Below, piece after piece: positions 45,185-53,753 of a stretch of 64,000 bases of DNA. The notes under the pieces are model-generated. The model had not been told where the DNA came from, made no database searches, and saw only the letters and a program-made list of their open reading frames with translations. This stretch comes from Nanobdellota archaeon. Its GTDB lineage: Archaea; Aenigmatarchaeota; Aenigmatarchaeia; QMZP01. The DNA is taken from contig JAHIVW010000003.1 in the NCBI GenBank assembly GCA_018816245.1, positions 321,453-385,452 of the forward strand, written 5' to 3'. The stretch's first letter is position 1; every line of letters starts with the position of its first letter. The translations under genes and the position numbers were made by a program.

Positions 45185-46033
45185 ATGGTTTTCCAGGAAT
45201 ATTTTCTCGATCCCATTCTTGCGAATGGCTACTTCAATCCGATTAATACCGCAGTGTATGCGATCTTGTTGGTGGTGGCGGTCTATATTGTATATCGCGT
45301 CATCACGAAACTGAACATCCCGATTGACAAACATTTCTTCTACGCGATCCTGCCGTTCGTGGTGTGGGGATCCAGTACGCGTGTGTTGCATGATGCTGCC
45401 TTTGTTGGTGTGCTGCCGTCAGGAGTGCAGGAGTTCTATTCAGCGCCCTTCTTTCCGACACCAGGAAGTTACTTGATCACCTTTGTTTTGGCCTTCTCAG
45501 TGTTCCTGCTCTCGATCGGGATCATGAAGGTGGGGAAGATTCCCTACTGGAAGCCCATGGCCGCGATCGGGTCGCTTCTGGTCCTCGTGAACTTCGTGAT
45601 TACCCCTTGGCGGTTCTTCGAGCCCCTCTGGCTTGTTCTGGGGTTACTGGTGGTGTCGGTGGGGATCTTCAATGGGATTGCCCGGCTCCTGCGGCAGCCT
45701 TCGGTGGCGAGGCTCCATCCTGAACTTCCTCGGATTCTGACGCCCGTGAACCAGGGGATCCTGGCAGCGCACTTTCTGGATGCGAGCGCGACCTTCGTAT
45801 CGCTCAGCTTTTTCGGGTACTTCGAGCAACACGTGGTGCCGAACATCCTGATCCCCTTCGTGGGGCCGGTCGCCATGTTCCTGCTCAAGATCGTGGTCGT
45901 GATCCCCGTGGTCTGGGTGATCGGGAAGTATGCCGAGAACGCGAACTTCAGGAACTTCCTGCTGATTGTGGTCTTCATCTTGGGATTTGCGCCAGGGATG
46001 CGGGATTTGCTGCGGCTCATTGCCGGGGTCTAG
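45185..46033 (+). CDS. DUF63-family archaeal membrane protein
   Basis: About 7 TM helices. The N-terminus MVFQEYFLDPILANGYFNPINTAVYAILL recalls archaeal DUF63 proteins. Confidence 0.65.
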   Translation: MVFQEYFLDPILANGYFNPINTAVYAILLVVAVYIVYRVITKLNIPIDKHFFYAILPFVVWGSSTRVLHDAAFVGVLPSGVQEFYSAPFFPTPGSYLITFVLAFSVFLLSIGIMKVGKIPYWKPMAAIGSLLVLVNFVITPWRFFEPLWLVLGLLVVSVGIFNGIARLLRQPSVARLHPELPRILTPVNQGILAAHFLDASATFVSLSFFGYFEQHVVPNILIPFVGPVAMFLLKIVVVIPVVWVIGKYAENANFRNFLLIVVFILGFAPGMRDLLRLIAGV

Positions 46034-46386
46034 TCGCTGAGGTCGACAAGGACAGCAAGATCGCTTTCGCTTCTGGAAGCTCGCGTGGTGTCGTCAGTCT
46101 TATTTGCTCGTTCCATCTCGGTGTACAACCCATCGAACAATCGATCCCCGTAGGTGTTGGCAAGCGTCTTGAGGGCGGTGAAATAGGTTCTCGCGCTCGG
46201 ATCGATATCGGCAACAGCAGAACGATAGTTGTTAAGGGTGTTCCGGAACGTTTGCACAGGACCATGCCGCCGCACATCGGAGTGCGGAAAGCGGAGTGGG
46301 CTGGCATTGGAGGTATACCTCCTGACGCCTTCGTTCCAATCGGTTACGGCAACCTGGCCGTCGACACAGACAATTTCGCTTTGCAT
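46030..46386 (-). CDS. Hypothetical protein (118 aa)
   Basis: The ATG at 46386 is preceded by AAGGAG. No motif recognised. Confidence 0.45.
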   Translation of the reverse strand: MQSEIVCVDGQVAVTDWNEGVRRYTSNASPLRFPHSDVRRHGPVQTFRNTLNNYRSAVADIDPSARTYFTALKTLANTYGDRLFDGLYTEMERANKTDDTTRASRSESDLAVLVDLSD

Positions 46387-46463
46387 AGCTATCTCCTTTA
46401 CCACTTATTAATGGTTAAAATAAACAATATCCTTATAAAGATTTGCCCATGAGAAAGATTGAC

Positions 46464-46478
46464 AATAACAATGTTATA
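46464..46478. repeat. Palindrome family copy 1 (AATAACAATGTTATA), flanked by direct ATTGAC repeats
   Basis: Arms ATAACA/TGTTAT. ATTGAC occurs at 46458-46463 and 46479-46484. Confidence 0.7.
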
Positions 46479-46494
46479 ATTGACCCAGACAAAC

Positions 46495-46502
46495 TTTAAA
46501 TA
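46495..46502 (+). promoter_or_regulatory. TATA-like TTTAAATA ahead of leader A
   Basis: The same octamer occurs at the equivalent place of unit B (complement of 58764-58771). Confidence 0.35.
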
Positions 46503-46529
46503 CTCATTGGTTCTATTACTGTCATCATA

Positions 46530-46890
46530 AAGTAGTGATTAATGATCATCAACCAATCGACTATCCCCTGGTGCGTCCACACGATGTGCCTTTCCCCATA
46601 CCAGAAACCTGTCCGTGACGGATCCGTCAGCGCTTCTTGAGCGCTGAAAACGCGCGGAGCGTGGTTTCGAGCACGGGAGCGGGAGCTCGGTTGACACCAT
46701 ACACTGACCGATGTGGGGCTGTCTTTCGTCGGTCTTGGGTTTTTACGCCTTCTGATTAGAAGGCAGGATACACGTTTGTGTATCCGCGTCCCGGGGGCGA
46801 CAGGATGGTGCACCAGAATGTCGTCCGTCTCAAGCCGGGACCGGATATTCTTCTCGCCAGTGGACTTGAGACATTGGAAAGGAGGCTCCG
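46530..46890 (+). other. Leader A: GC-rich, hairpin-packed non-coding region (candidate structured RNA or long 5' UTR)
   Basis: There is no credible ORF. Perfect hairpins or palindromes lie at 46616-46629, 46628-46646, 46747-46764 and 46766-46785. It ends in GGAAAGGAGG immediately before the ATG at 46891. Confidence 0.35.
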
Positions 46891-47148
46891 ATGTTGGAGT
46901 TTTTCGTCTATCTGTTCACAGTGGTTGGGATCATCTCGACCGCGATCTACGTCCTGCACAGGAAGGAGATCAACGCTGCTCTCAAGAAGCCTCAGGTTCC
47001 CCAGGGGTCGACGACACCTGCGACTCCTAAGGCACCCGAGGACCCGATGACGAAGCTCACGGAAACCCTTGAGCAAGTCGTCAAGCGGGTCGAGACGCTC
47101 GAGGCCACCGCCAAAAATCCGAAGAGCACAGGAGGTGGTGGATCATGA
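46891..47148 (+). CDS. Small membrane-anchored protein (85 aa)
   Basis: Strong SD (GGAGG 6 nt upstream). An N-terminal TM helix, then a Pro/Thr-rich linker and a helical tail. There is a 4-nt overlap with the next ORF. Confidence 0.45.
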   Translation: MLEFFVYLFTVVGIISTAIYVLHRKEINAALKKPQVPQGSTTPATPKAPEDPMTKLTETLEQVVKRVETLEATAKNPKSTGGGGS

Positions 47149-47816
47149 AGACCGTCATTATCGTTCTGGCAGTCCTCGCCATCAGCGCAGTGCTCTTCGT
47201 TGCCTTCGGCGGTGCCGGCCTCAACTTGGGGAAGGTCAACCCGAACCTGTTTGGTGGTGACAAGGCGCCTCTGACGAAGGGTACCCGGTATCCCCTGGCC
47301 AGCCATGTCAAGCTCTACGGAGCAGACATGGTGAACGAGGCGGAAGTGAAGACGATCTTGGAGTCCCGGGCGACCACCGACGACATCACGAACTTGCGAA
47401 AGCTCGTGATGAGGGGGGATCTGGACACAACTACTCGAGCAACAATCGAGAAGATGGTCGGCAGCTCCTACCTCCAGAACGCCAAGGATGCCACAAGCGT
47501 TGGGTTCGCGGTGACGGGGGACGACGGCAACCTAGTCGCCATCTCCGTTGGCGAACGCGACCCACTCCGCCTGATCGTCTACTACCTACTCGTCTCCTCC
47601 GACAAGATGATCGTCTATGATCCGGGAGAGGACGTGCCGGTAGGTACGAGGGGTGACCTTGGCATGGGCCTTATCACCCCGGCCGCCCGTCCTACGGCTG
47701 TCCGGTGGGTGAATGGTGCGGCCATATGTGGTACCCTGAACGCCGTCCCCGTGAGGGAGCATACGAGTATCTTCACCACAATTGACCTGACGACGGACAA
47801 GGTCAAGGGACCCTGA
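47145..47816 (+). CDS. Secreted/anchored hypothetical protein (223 aa)
   Basis: N-terminal hydrophobic helix MKTVIIVLAVLAISAVLFVAF. No motif recognised. The composition is GC-rich. Confidence 0.5.
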   Translation: MKTVIIVLAVLAISAVLFVAFGGAGLNLGKVNPNLFGGDKAPLTKGTRYPLASHVKLYGADMVNEAEVKTILESRATTDDITNLRKLVMRGDLDTTTRATIEKMVGSSYLQNAKDATSVGFAVTGDDGNLVAISVGERDPLRLIVYYLLVSSDKMIVYDPGEDVPVGTRGDLGMGLITPAARPTAVRWVNGAAICGTLNAVPVREHTSIFTTIDLTTDKVKGP

Positions 47817-47831
47817 TCTCGTCCCCAACCC

Positions 47832-47879
47832 GTCGGCGCGACACGCATGGAAAGTGCCGCGCCGACTTCTTTTCTTTTC
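47832..47879 (+). terminator. Hairpin plus T-run terminator-like element
   Basis: A 9-bp stem GTCGGCGCG/CGCGCCGAC (47832-47840 and 47858-47866) is followed by TTCTTTTCTTTTC (47867-47879). Confidence 0.5.
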
Positions 47880-47881
47880 AT

Positions 47882-47900
47882 AATATAACAGTGTTATATT
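47882..47900. repeat. Palindrome family copy 2 (AATATAACAGTGTTATATT, 9-nt arms)
   Basis: Perfect palindrome around a central G. It lies between convergent gene ends and is followed by GAAAGAAC. Confidence 0.8.
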
Positions 47901-47921
47901 TGAAAGAACAAAATAGAACGA

Positions 47922-50900
47922 TCAAACAATTTCTTGAAACGCCTTCAGGATTTTATCATCATCAAGAGGTGTACTTAACCACTGTTCGTACGCTTTCTTG
48001 CAATTATCCGGGTTTCCGCTATCTTCCAAACAACAGACACCAAGATCTCCTGAAGTTGTGGAAATGGTTTTGCATGCAAGACCTTCTAATGAATTACCAC
48101 CAAGATCGTATTTCGTTACTTGATCACAGTCTGCATCAGCACCTAGGAGTGTTTTGTCACATCCTCCTGCACCAAGACGACAGCCACTCTTCGTCTGCTC
48201 TTTGTACGCTTCGCAATATCCTGGTTTGCCAAAGAGTGAACTCAAACCAGTTATCCCATTCGACGACGTCCCGTTCCCAAAGTCCCCGCAAATGTTGTTG
48301 TTGCACGTCTGCCCGAACGCCGCATACGGGCAGTCGTTCGTCGTTTCGCAGCAGGTCACCCCGCCGAACTCCACCTTCTCGTTCACGGTCTTGGTCTGCG
48401 CAAAGATGTAGTCCGCGTGCGCCCGGACCTGGAACGTCTGCGTCGGGATGTTCTTGTTTCCAAAGGTAAATCGATCCTGGAAGTAGCAGAAGATCGTTGT
48501 CATGCCCTGGGGAATGTTTTCCGGTTTCCATGTATAGGTGGTCGCTGTTGCGCCAGGCGTCGTGGCAAACTTGTTGTTCGTGCAGCTCTTGATTTCCCCA
48601 AGCGCGTTGGGAATGATCAACTGGATCTGCGCGCTCTCGATCTGGGAGCTTGTGGACGCCTGGTATTTCTGCACAGGAACGAGCGACAAACCAATGAACA
48701 GCGGGGTCTTCTCCCGGATCGGTTGTTCAAGGGTGTCGAGGTTCAACTGGACCGGCGCATTGGTGAACGTCGATGCTTTCTTCGTTTGTGTGACAAGTTT
48801 TCCGTCCGCAACCAGGCGATCCCACTCGCCCTGGCTGATGAGCTCCACATCAATGCTGGAGTCGATTTGATACGGATACGTAACCGTGATGTTGAACGGA
48901 ATGTAGAAATTCCGAAGATCTATGTTTGATGTGATTCTCTTGGCACCAATGCCGCCAGCAAGTTTGTTCGCAATTTCGTCGAGGATGTGTTTTGCGCCAA
49001 TCATCTCCGAACAGGAAAACCCATTACTCTGGAAGAATCCCTGGCGGATATCCAGCTTGGTCATGGTTTCAGGAGTTGTGCCGCTGGGCTGCTGGTACGA
49101 GCCAACGGCACCGCCAGGGAAGGGAACGTAAGGGTAATGGACAACCTGATAGCAGGGTTCATCCTTGCTTGTTTGTTGCTGATGATCAACGCCGTCTTTG
49201 TCAATGCATACTTCTTCTCGTTCGGTAGCGTTGAACCCGAACTGGCTGATAGGAACCGTGACCCGGGTGAAGTCGATCTTCCCTCCTGAATCGGAAAACT
49301 TCATGTTGCTCGTTAACGTGACGTTGACATTGCTCGTCTCGAACGCCCCGGAATTCTTCAGTTTGTACACGATCGAGAAAGGTTGGCCTGGAAAGATCGG
49401 CGTGACGTCTATTTTGCCATCAAACTCCACACCGAGCGCTCCTTTTAACCCGGTCGTGGGATCAGTCGCATACGTGCCGTTGAGGATTTGTTGTGTATAT
49501 CCAATGGGATTCGTCAGTAAGAAGACTGCTTGGCCTAACGTGTTGCCAAGTTGCATCATCACTTCTGCTAATGGTTCTGTTAATTCAGCCACGCCGTTGT
49601 GCACGGTGGGCCACCACTGTCCTAACAGTCCGCTGCCAATGTCCTGCGATCCTGGTCCGATACCATAGATGACCGTGGCAGCGCCAAGCATGATCAGCCC
49701 TGCCTCTGGCCGGGCTGCCCGCGATGAAAAGAGTCCTGCGATAAATGAGACAAACCAGAAGTAGAGGAACGTTGCCCGAAGCGTGCCGGTGAGTTCCCAT
49801 CCAGGGCCAAAGGTGAAGAGTGGTGACACAACATTCAGCGCTCCGGAACCCAGCAAAGCAATAAACATCAAACCCACGAAAAGAGCTTTGTCGAACATTG
49901 CGCCAAATTCGCCAGTCGCTGCCTCTTCACTGCTCTCTGTTCCTTTCTTTGATCGCTCCACCGGCGGAACAGCGAAGAAGGCGAGCGCAAGGATTGCAAG
50001 AACATTCGAGTTGAAAATTGTCCCAAACAGGTAGAACGGAATCAAGTAACATCCGAGGATGAGAAATCTCATCAGTGATTCGATTCGTTCGCCAGGAATA
50101 TCAGGATCGTACGCTGTCTTGAGTGAGAAATACCCACCAAGACAAACAATGAGGAAGGCGATGTTGAACGGTCCTCCGAGCGCGCGGAACCCGAAGGCGA
50201 ACAGGGTGATCGCGGAAATCTTGAAAAAACTTCGCATCCAGCCGAACGTGGCATGGGATCGCCCGTCGCTTAACGGATTCATCATCTGGTACCAGATGTT
50301 TTTTCCTTTGTAGAGGTTGCCCTCTTGCGGCGCAGGGGTGACAAAATAGAAGCCAATTGCGAAAAATGCAAACATGAACCAGATCTGGCCGAGCAGGGCC
50401 GACATGGTGATCCCAAGCGCAGCAGCAGCAATTAAATAGAATCCTTTTTGGATGACGCTTTCCCCGTACCGGCGAACGGTCCAGGGTTTTTTGTACGATT
50501 CTTTCAGTTCTTTCAACTTGTCATCAATTTCTTCTTCGTATTGTTTGCTATCACGTTTGAATTGCTCTTCGATTTCCTTTCGCCGTTCATCTAAATCCTT
50601 TTTCGCATCTTGAAAATAATCTTGGGTAATATGACCTCCATTCAATTGATTCTGTAATTTGGTAAGTAAGCCATCAACGTTACGCAGTTCTCGATCACGA
50701 CGAACGCCTGGAAGATCATTCCATTTTTCATGGAGGTTTCTCGTTCTCTCAAGTAAAAGGTTCCGCTGTTGTTGGATATCAGCACGAAGATCCGGATCTG
50801 TTGTTCTTCGAAAACGGTTACCCAGCTCAATACCATGGGTTCGCAGCTGGTCGAGTTCTCTCTTTATTCGCTGCCGCGCAACAAGATGATCACGCTCTGC

Positions 50901-51518
50901 CTTGAGGTCTTTTCTTCGTTGCTTATACTGTTCCCGGACCGGGGCACCGGAGAAGATTCCCGCTGCCTTTCCCTTTTTTTGCTGCTTCTTCACTTGCGCA
51001 GGACTTAATTTTCTTCCTGCATCTCGAAACCCGCGTCGAGTTGCATCCCAATGAGTTGGACAACGCCTATTCAAACAAAAAAACGTCTCTTTTCCTTCAG
51101 TTGAAACGAGCGTGTGCAAGCGTTCCAAACCGCACCACGGACACACAATATCAGAAACCACGCTACTGATTTCGCCACGAAGGATGCGCACTTCGTGTCG
51201 TTTCTTTTCACGCTCCTTTCCTTCAGCACCATAAATGTCCTCGTAAATACCCTGAATTGCTTCCCGGAGTTCTTTCCCAGAAAGATGCCTTGTTTCTTCC
51301 CGAATGCGGCGATCAACTTGTCTGTTTTTTTCTTGCCGCTCAAAAATGGTCCATGCTGATTCTGGTCCCGGACCCGCAACACCAGGCGGCCAGTGGAAAT
51401 CTCCTTCAGGACAGACCACTTCAACCATCCGCTGGCCGGTTCCCGCGACCTTGGATTCGTAGATTTTGAGCTTGCCATGAGCTGAATTAACAGGACATTT
51501 GAGTTCTTTTTCAGCCAA
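47922..51518 (-). CDS. Giant membrane protein (1198 aa): cytoplasmic zinc ribbons plus coiled coil, polytopic core, large extracellular domain with Cys-rich tail
   Basis: The N-terminus has CP...CP and CPWC...C....CP motifs, followed by a long K/R/E-rich helical region. About ten hydrophobic segments lie in the middle. The C-terminal ~560 aa are beta-rich and end in a tail with about 13 Cys. Confidence 0.7.
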   Translation of the reverse strand: MAEKELKCPVNSAHGKLKIYESKVAGTGQRMVEVVCPEGDFHWPPGVAGPGPESAWTIFERQEKNRQVDRRIREETRHLSGKELREAIQGIYEDIYGAEGKEREKKRHEVRILRGEISSVVSDIVCPWCGLERLHTLVSTEGKETFFCLNRRCPTHWDATRRGFRDAGRKLSPAQVKKQQKKGKAAGIFSGAPVREQYKQRRKDLKAERDHLVARQRIKRELDQLRTHGIELGNRFRRTTDPDLRADIQQQRNLLLERTRNLHEKWNDLPGVRRDRELRNVDGLLTKLQNQLNGGHITQDYFQDAKKDLDERRKEIEEQFKRDSKQYEEEIDDKLKELKESYKKPWTVRRYGESVIQKGFYLIAAAALGITMSALLGQIWFMFAFFAIGFYFVTPAPQEGNLYKGKNIWYQMMNPLSDGRSHATFGWMRSFFKISAITLFAFGFRALGGPFNIAFLIVCLGGYFSLKTAYDPDIPGERIESLMRFLILGCYLIPFYLFGTIFNSNVLAILALAFFAVPPVERSKKGTESSEEAATGEFGAMFDKALFVGLMFIALLGSGALNVVSPLFTFGPGWELTGTLRATFLYFWFVSFIAGLFSSRAARPEAGLIMLGAATVIYGIGPGSQDIGSGLLGQWWPTVHNGVAELTEPLAEVMMQLGNTLGQAVFLLTNPIGYTQQILNGTYATDPTTGLKGALGVEFDGKIDVTPIFPGQPFSIVYKLKNSGAFETSNVNVTLTSNMKFSDSGGKIDFTRVTVPISQFGFNATEREEVCIDKDGVDHQQQTSKDEPCYQVVHYPYVPFPGGAVGSYQQPSGTTPETMTKLDIRQGFFQSNGFSCSEMIGAKHILDEIANKLAGGIGAKRITSNIDLRNFYIPFNITVTYPYQIDSSIDVELISQGEWDRLVADGKLVTQTKKASTFTNAPVQLNLDTLEQPIREKTPLFIGLSLVPVQKYQASTSSQIESAQIQLIIPNALGEIKSCTNNKFATTPGATATTYTWKPENIPQGMTTIFCYFQDRFTFGNKNIPTQTFQVRAHADYIFAQTKTVNEKVEFGGVTCCETTNDCPYAAFGQTCNNNICGDFGNGTSSNGITGLSSLFGKPGYCEAYKEQTKSGCRLGAGGCDKTLLGADADCDQVTKYDLGGNSLEGLACKTISTTSGDLGVCCLEDSGNPDNCKKAYEQWLSTPLDDDKILKAFQEIV

Positions 51519-51559
51519 GCAAACCGCCTCAGAGAATACTTGTCGTCAAGAGGTATAAA

Positions 51560-52678
51560 TCAGGCCTTCTGGAGGAGCACGGACGCGTCCCCAATTTCCC
51601 AGTTTCCGGTCCCCGAGAAGATCAGGGTGTTTTTCCCTTCCTGCACGTCAGCAGCGCCAAACGTCACGGTATTCTGCCCCTTCACCACGGACGACAGCTG
51701 GAATTCCTTGTCGTTCAGCGTGACCGATAGGGCACCGTTCTTGAGAATCTCATCAACATTGTAGACCAGCACCACATTAGCGTGCCCGTCCGCAACCTGC
51801 TTGGCCTGTTCCTGCGTCAAATCGAACGTCTTGGCCTTTGACAGCTCGCTCGTCAGGAGGAAGATGTTCAGCTGTCCGCCGCCAATCGTGGTCACGCCGG
51901 TCGAGGAAAAGGTGAGCGTGTTCGTCCCCACCTTGAGCGAAACATCAGTCAGCTCAAACGGGATCTCTTCCACTCCAGTTGGTGCACCAGAGAAGAGCTG
52001 CTGGCCATTCACATTGATTGCCAGGAGCCCGCTGCCTGACCCGAAGAATGACAACTCGCCCCGGTCAAAGGTGGCAAGCTCTGAGGAAAAGAGTTCGAAC
52101 GGGAAGATCCGGTCAGGACCATAATCAAGCTCCACTTTCACGTTCTTCAGCACGTAGACGGTCTGCGCCCAGAAGTACAGGCCAGGACCATCTGTGGTGA
52201 ATTCGAGGGTGTTCACGTTCTTGACCACGTCCTTGTCCAGAGTGAGCGACAGTGGCCCGGGGTTCGGATAGCCTGAATACACGGTCACGCCGTTCCACAG
52301 CACGTTCAGTTTCCCGTAATTGTTCGTGTCAAAGACTGAGAACGTGACGCGCACGTTCCGGGTTGTGTCTTCAAAGGCCTTGGGAACGACAATACTCATT
52401 TCCTCTTTCCGTTCGCCACTCAGCCCCTTGGTGACTTCAAGTTGCAAGATGCTCTTCAAGGTTTCGAACTGGGATTCCCCGACTGTGAAGGTTCCCAGGG
52501 TGAGTGACTTCGACGGGAGATTCTGGGAAAAGCCAACTGACCCGACGGTGAACGAGGCGATTGTGGTTTCCTCAACATCCTGGCCCGTGGTGGTCACGAA
52601 CACCGAGGCAACAGCAAAGACAACGAGAATGAGAATCGCGGCTGCGAGGATGTACATGAAGTCATCTGTCCCGCGCAT
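51560..52678 (-). CDS. N-terminally anchored secreted protein with three lectin/LamG-like repeats (372 aa)
   Basis: The start at the ATG at 52678 (MRGTDDFMYILAAAILILVVFAV) leaves a TATA-containing gap to the divergent pelota gene. Three segments follow the pattern L.V..NG...(15-25 aa)...G.NTL.F...G. Confidence 0.6.
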   Translation of the reverse strand: MRGTDDFMYILAAAILILVVFAVASVFVTTTGQDVEETTIASFTVGSVGFSQNLPSKSLTLGTFTVGESQFETLKSILQLEVTKGLSGERKEEMSIVVPKAFEDTTRNVRVTFSVFDTNNYGKLNVLWNGVTVYSGYPNPGPLSLTLDKDVVKNVNTLEFTTDGPGLYFWAQTVYVLKNVKVELDYGPDRIFPFELFSSELATFDRGELSFFGSGSGLLAINVNGQQLFSGAPTGVEEIPFELTDVSLKVGTNTLTFSSTGVTTIGGGQLNIFLLTSELSKAKTFDLTQEQAKQVADGHANVVLVYNVDEILKNGALSVTLNDKEFQLSSVVKGQNTVTFGAADVQEGKNTLIFSGTGNWEIGDASVLLQKA

Positions 52679-52730
52679 ACTATTCTTTTTTGTGAAGAAT
52701 CCATATAAAGCGGCACGGTGAAGCCTTCTC

Positions 52731-53753
52731 ATGATCGTCACGAAGAAGGACCTGAAGGCAGGGACGCTCTCGGTCACCTTGCAGGCTGCGGACGATCTGT
52801 GGCACCTCTCCCATATCATGGAGCCCGGGGACCTCGTGACCGCGAAGACCCTCCGGACGACCACGATCAAACAGGGCGCTGAATTCAAGAAAGGGGACAA
52901 GGTGCCGATGATCTTGACAATCAGGCTCGAGAAGCTTGAGTTCACCGAGGGGTCTGAGGCACTCCGACTTTCTGGAACAATCGAGCAAGGACCAGAAGAC
53001 GTCCAGCTGCATTCGTACCATACGCTGACCATTGAGGTGCGGTCCCACCTGACGATCCAGAAATCATGGAACGGCTACCAGCTCGACCGGATCGAGCGGT
53101 CGCGGATCAAGCAGCCGCTGCTCGTTGTTGTTGCGATCGACCGGGACGAGGCAACGGTTGCTCTTCTACGGGAATCAGGAATTGAATGGAAAGCAAGTCT
53201 GCAGTGCAAAGGAAAGAAGGACATCAAGGACGAAGGTGATCGTGAAGCATTCCACAAACAGATTGCCGCGGTGTTGCAAGAGCAGCCTGCTGACGTCAAG
53301 GCAATTGTGCTCGCAGGTCCGGGATTTGAGAAAGACCACGTCCAGGACTACTTGAAAAAAAATACTCCCGAGCTCGGCGAAAAAACCGTTACGGAAAAAG
53401 CCGCAGATGCTGGACGCCACGGGGTTCAAGAAGTCGTGCAGCAGAGCTCGCAGCGCATCCTGAAGGAGACGCGGATCGCGAAAGAAACCGGCTACTTGAA
53501 GATTTTCTTCACGGAGTTGCGGAAAGAGGGACTCGTAGTGTACGGACCGAAGGAAACGCAAAAGGCGCTCGAGTACGGCGCAGTTGAATTGTTGCTGGTG
53601 TCGGAACACAAAATCAAGGACTTTGACGCGCAGTTGCAGCAAGCAGAGAAAACAGGTGCGACCATCAAGTTCGTGTCCGCAGATCACGAAGCAGGGGAGC
53701 AGTTCTTGGCGCTTGGTGGTATTGGCGGGATTTTGCGGTACAAGGTGCACTAG
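52731..53753 (+). CDS. pelA: Pelota (aPelota/Dom34) ribosome rescue factor
   Basis: MIVTKKDLKAGTLSVTLQAADDLWHLSHIMEPGDLV and an eRF1-like C-terminal domain. Confidence 0.93.
   Translation: MIVTKKDLKAGTLSVTLQAADDLWHLSHIMEPGDLVTAKTLRTTTIKQGAEFKKGDKVPMILTIRLEKLEFTEGSEALRLSGTIEQGPEDVQLHSYHTLTIEVRSHLTIQKSWNGYQLDRIERSRIKQPLLVVVAIDRDEATVALLRESGIEWKASLQCKGKKDIKDEGDREAFHKQIAAVLQEQPADVKAIVLAGPGFEKDHVQDYLKKNTPELGEKTVTEKAADAGRHGVQEVVQQSSQRILKETRIAKETGYLKIFFTELRKEGLVVYGPKETQKALEYGAVELLLVSEHKIKDFDAQLQQAEKTGATIKFVSADHEAGEQFLALGGIGGILRYKVH

Noticed and set aside
46458-46484. TTGACA ... TATAAT resembling a bacterial sigma-70 promoter
   Set aside because: The spacing is only about 10 nt and the genome context is archaeal. 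The hexamers are by-products of the palindrome and its ATTGAC flanks.
46503-46890. Leader A as RNase P RNA or SRP RNA
   Set aside because: I could not find the universal RNase P elements (GAGGAAAGUCC-type CR-I, ACAGAA.CCGGCUUA CR-V) or an SRP helix-8-like motif in either orientation.
46496-47311. Several overlapping 76-106-aa ORFs on both strands in the GC-rich stretch
   Set aside because: They are mutually overlapping, lack SD sequences and are Arg/Pro/Gly-rich. Only 46891-47148 and 47145-47816 have a start context and membrane-protein features.
51560-53032. Full 490-aa version of the ORF upstream of the giant gene
   Set aside because: The first 118 codons overlap the pelota promoter and 5' end on the opposite strand and look like non-coding translation. 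The ATG at 52678 gives a clean N-terminal anchor.
53175-53750. 191-aa ORF antisense to pelota
   Set aside because: Shadow frame of a confidently identified gene.
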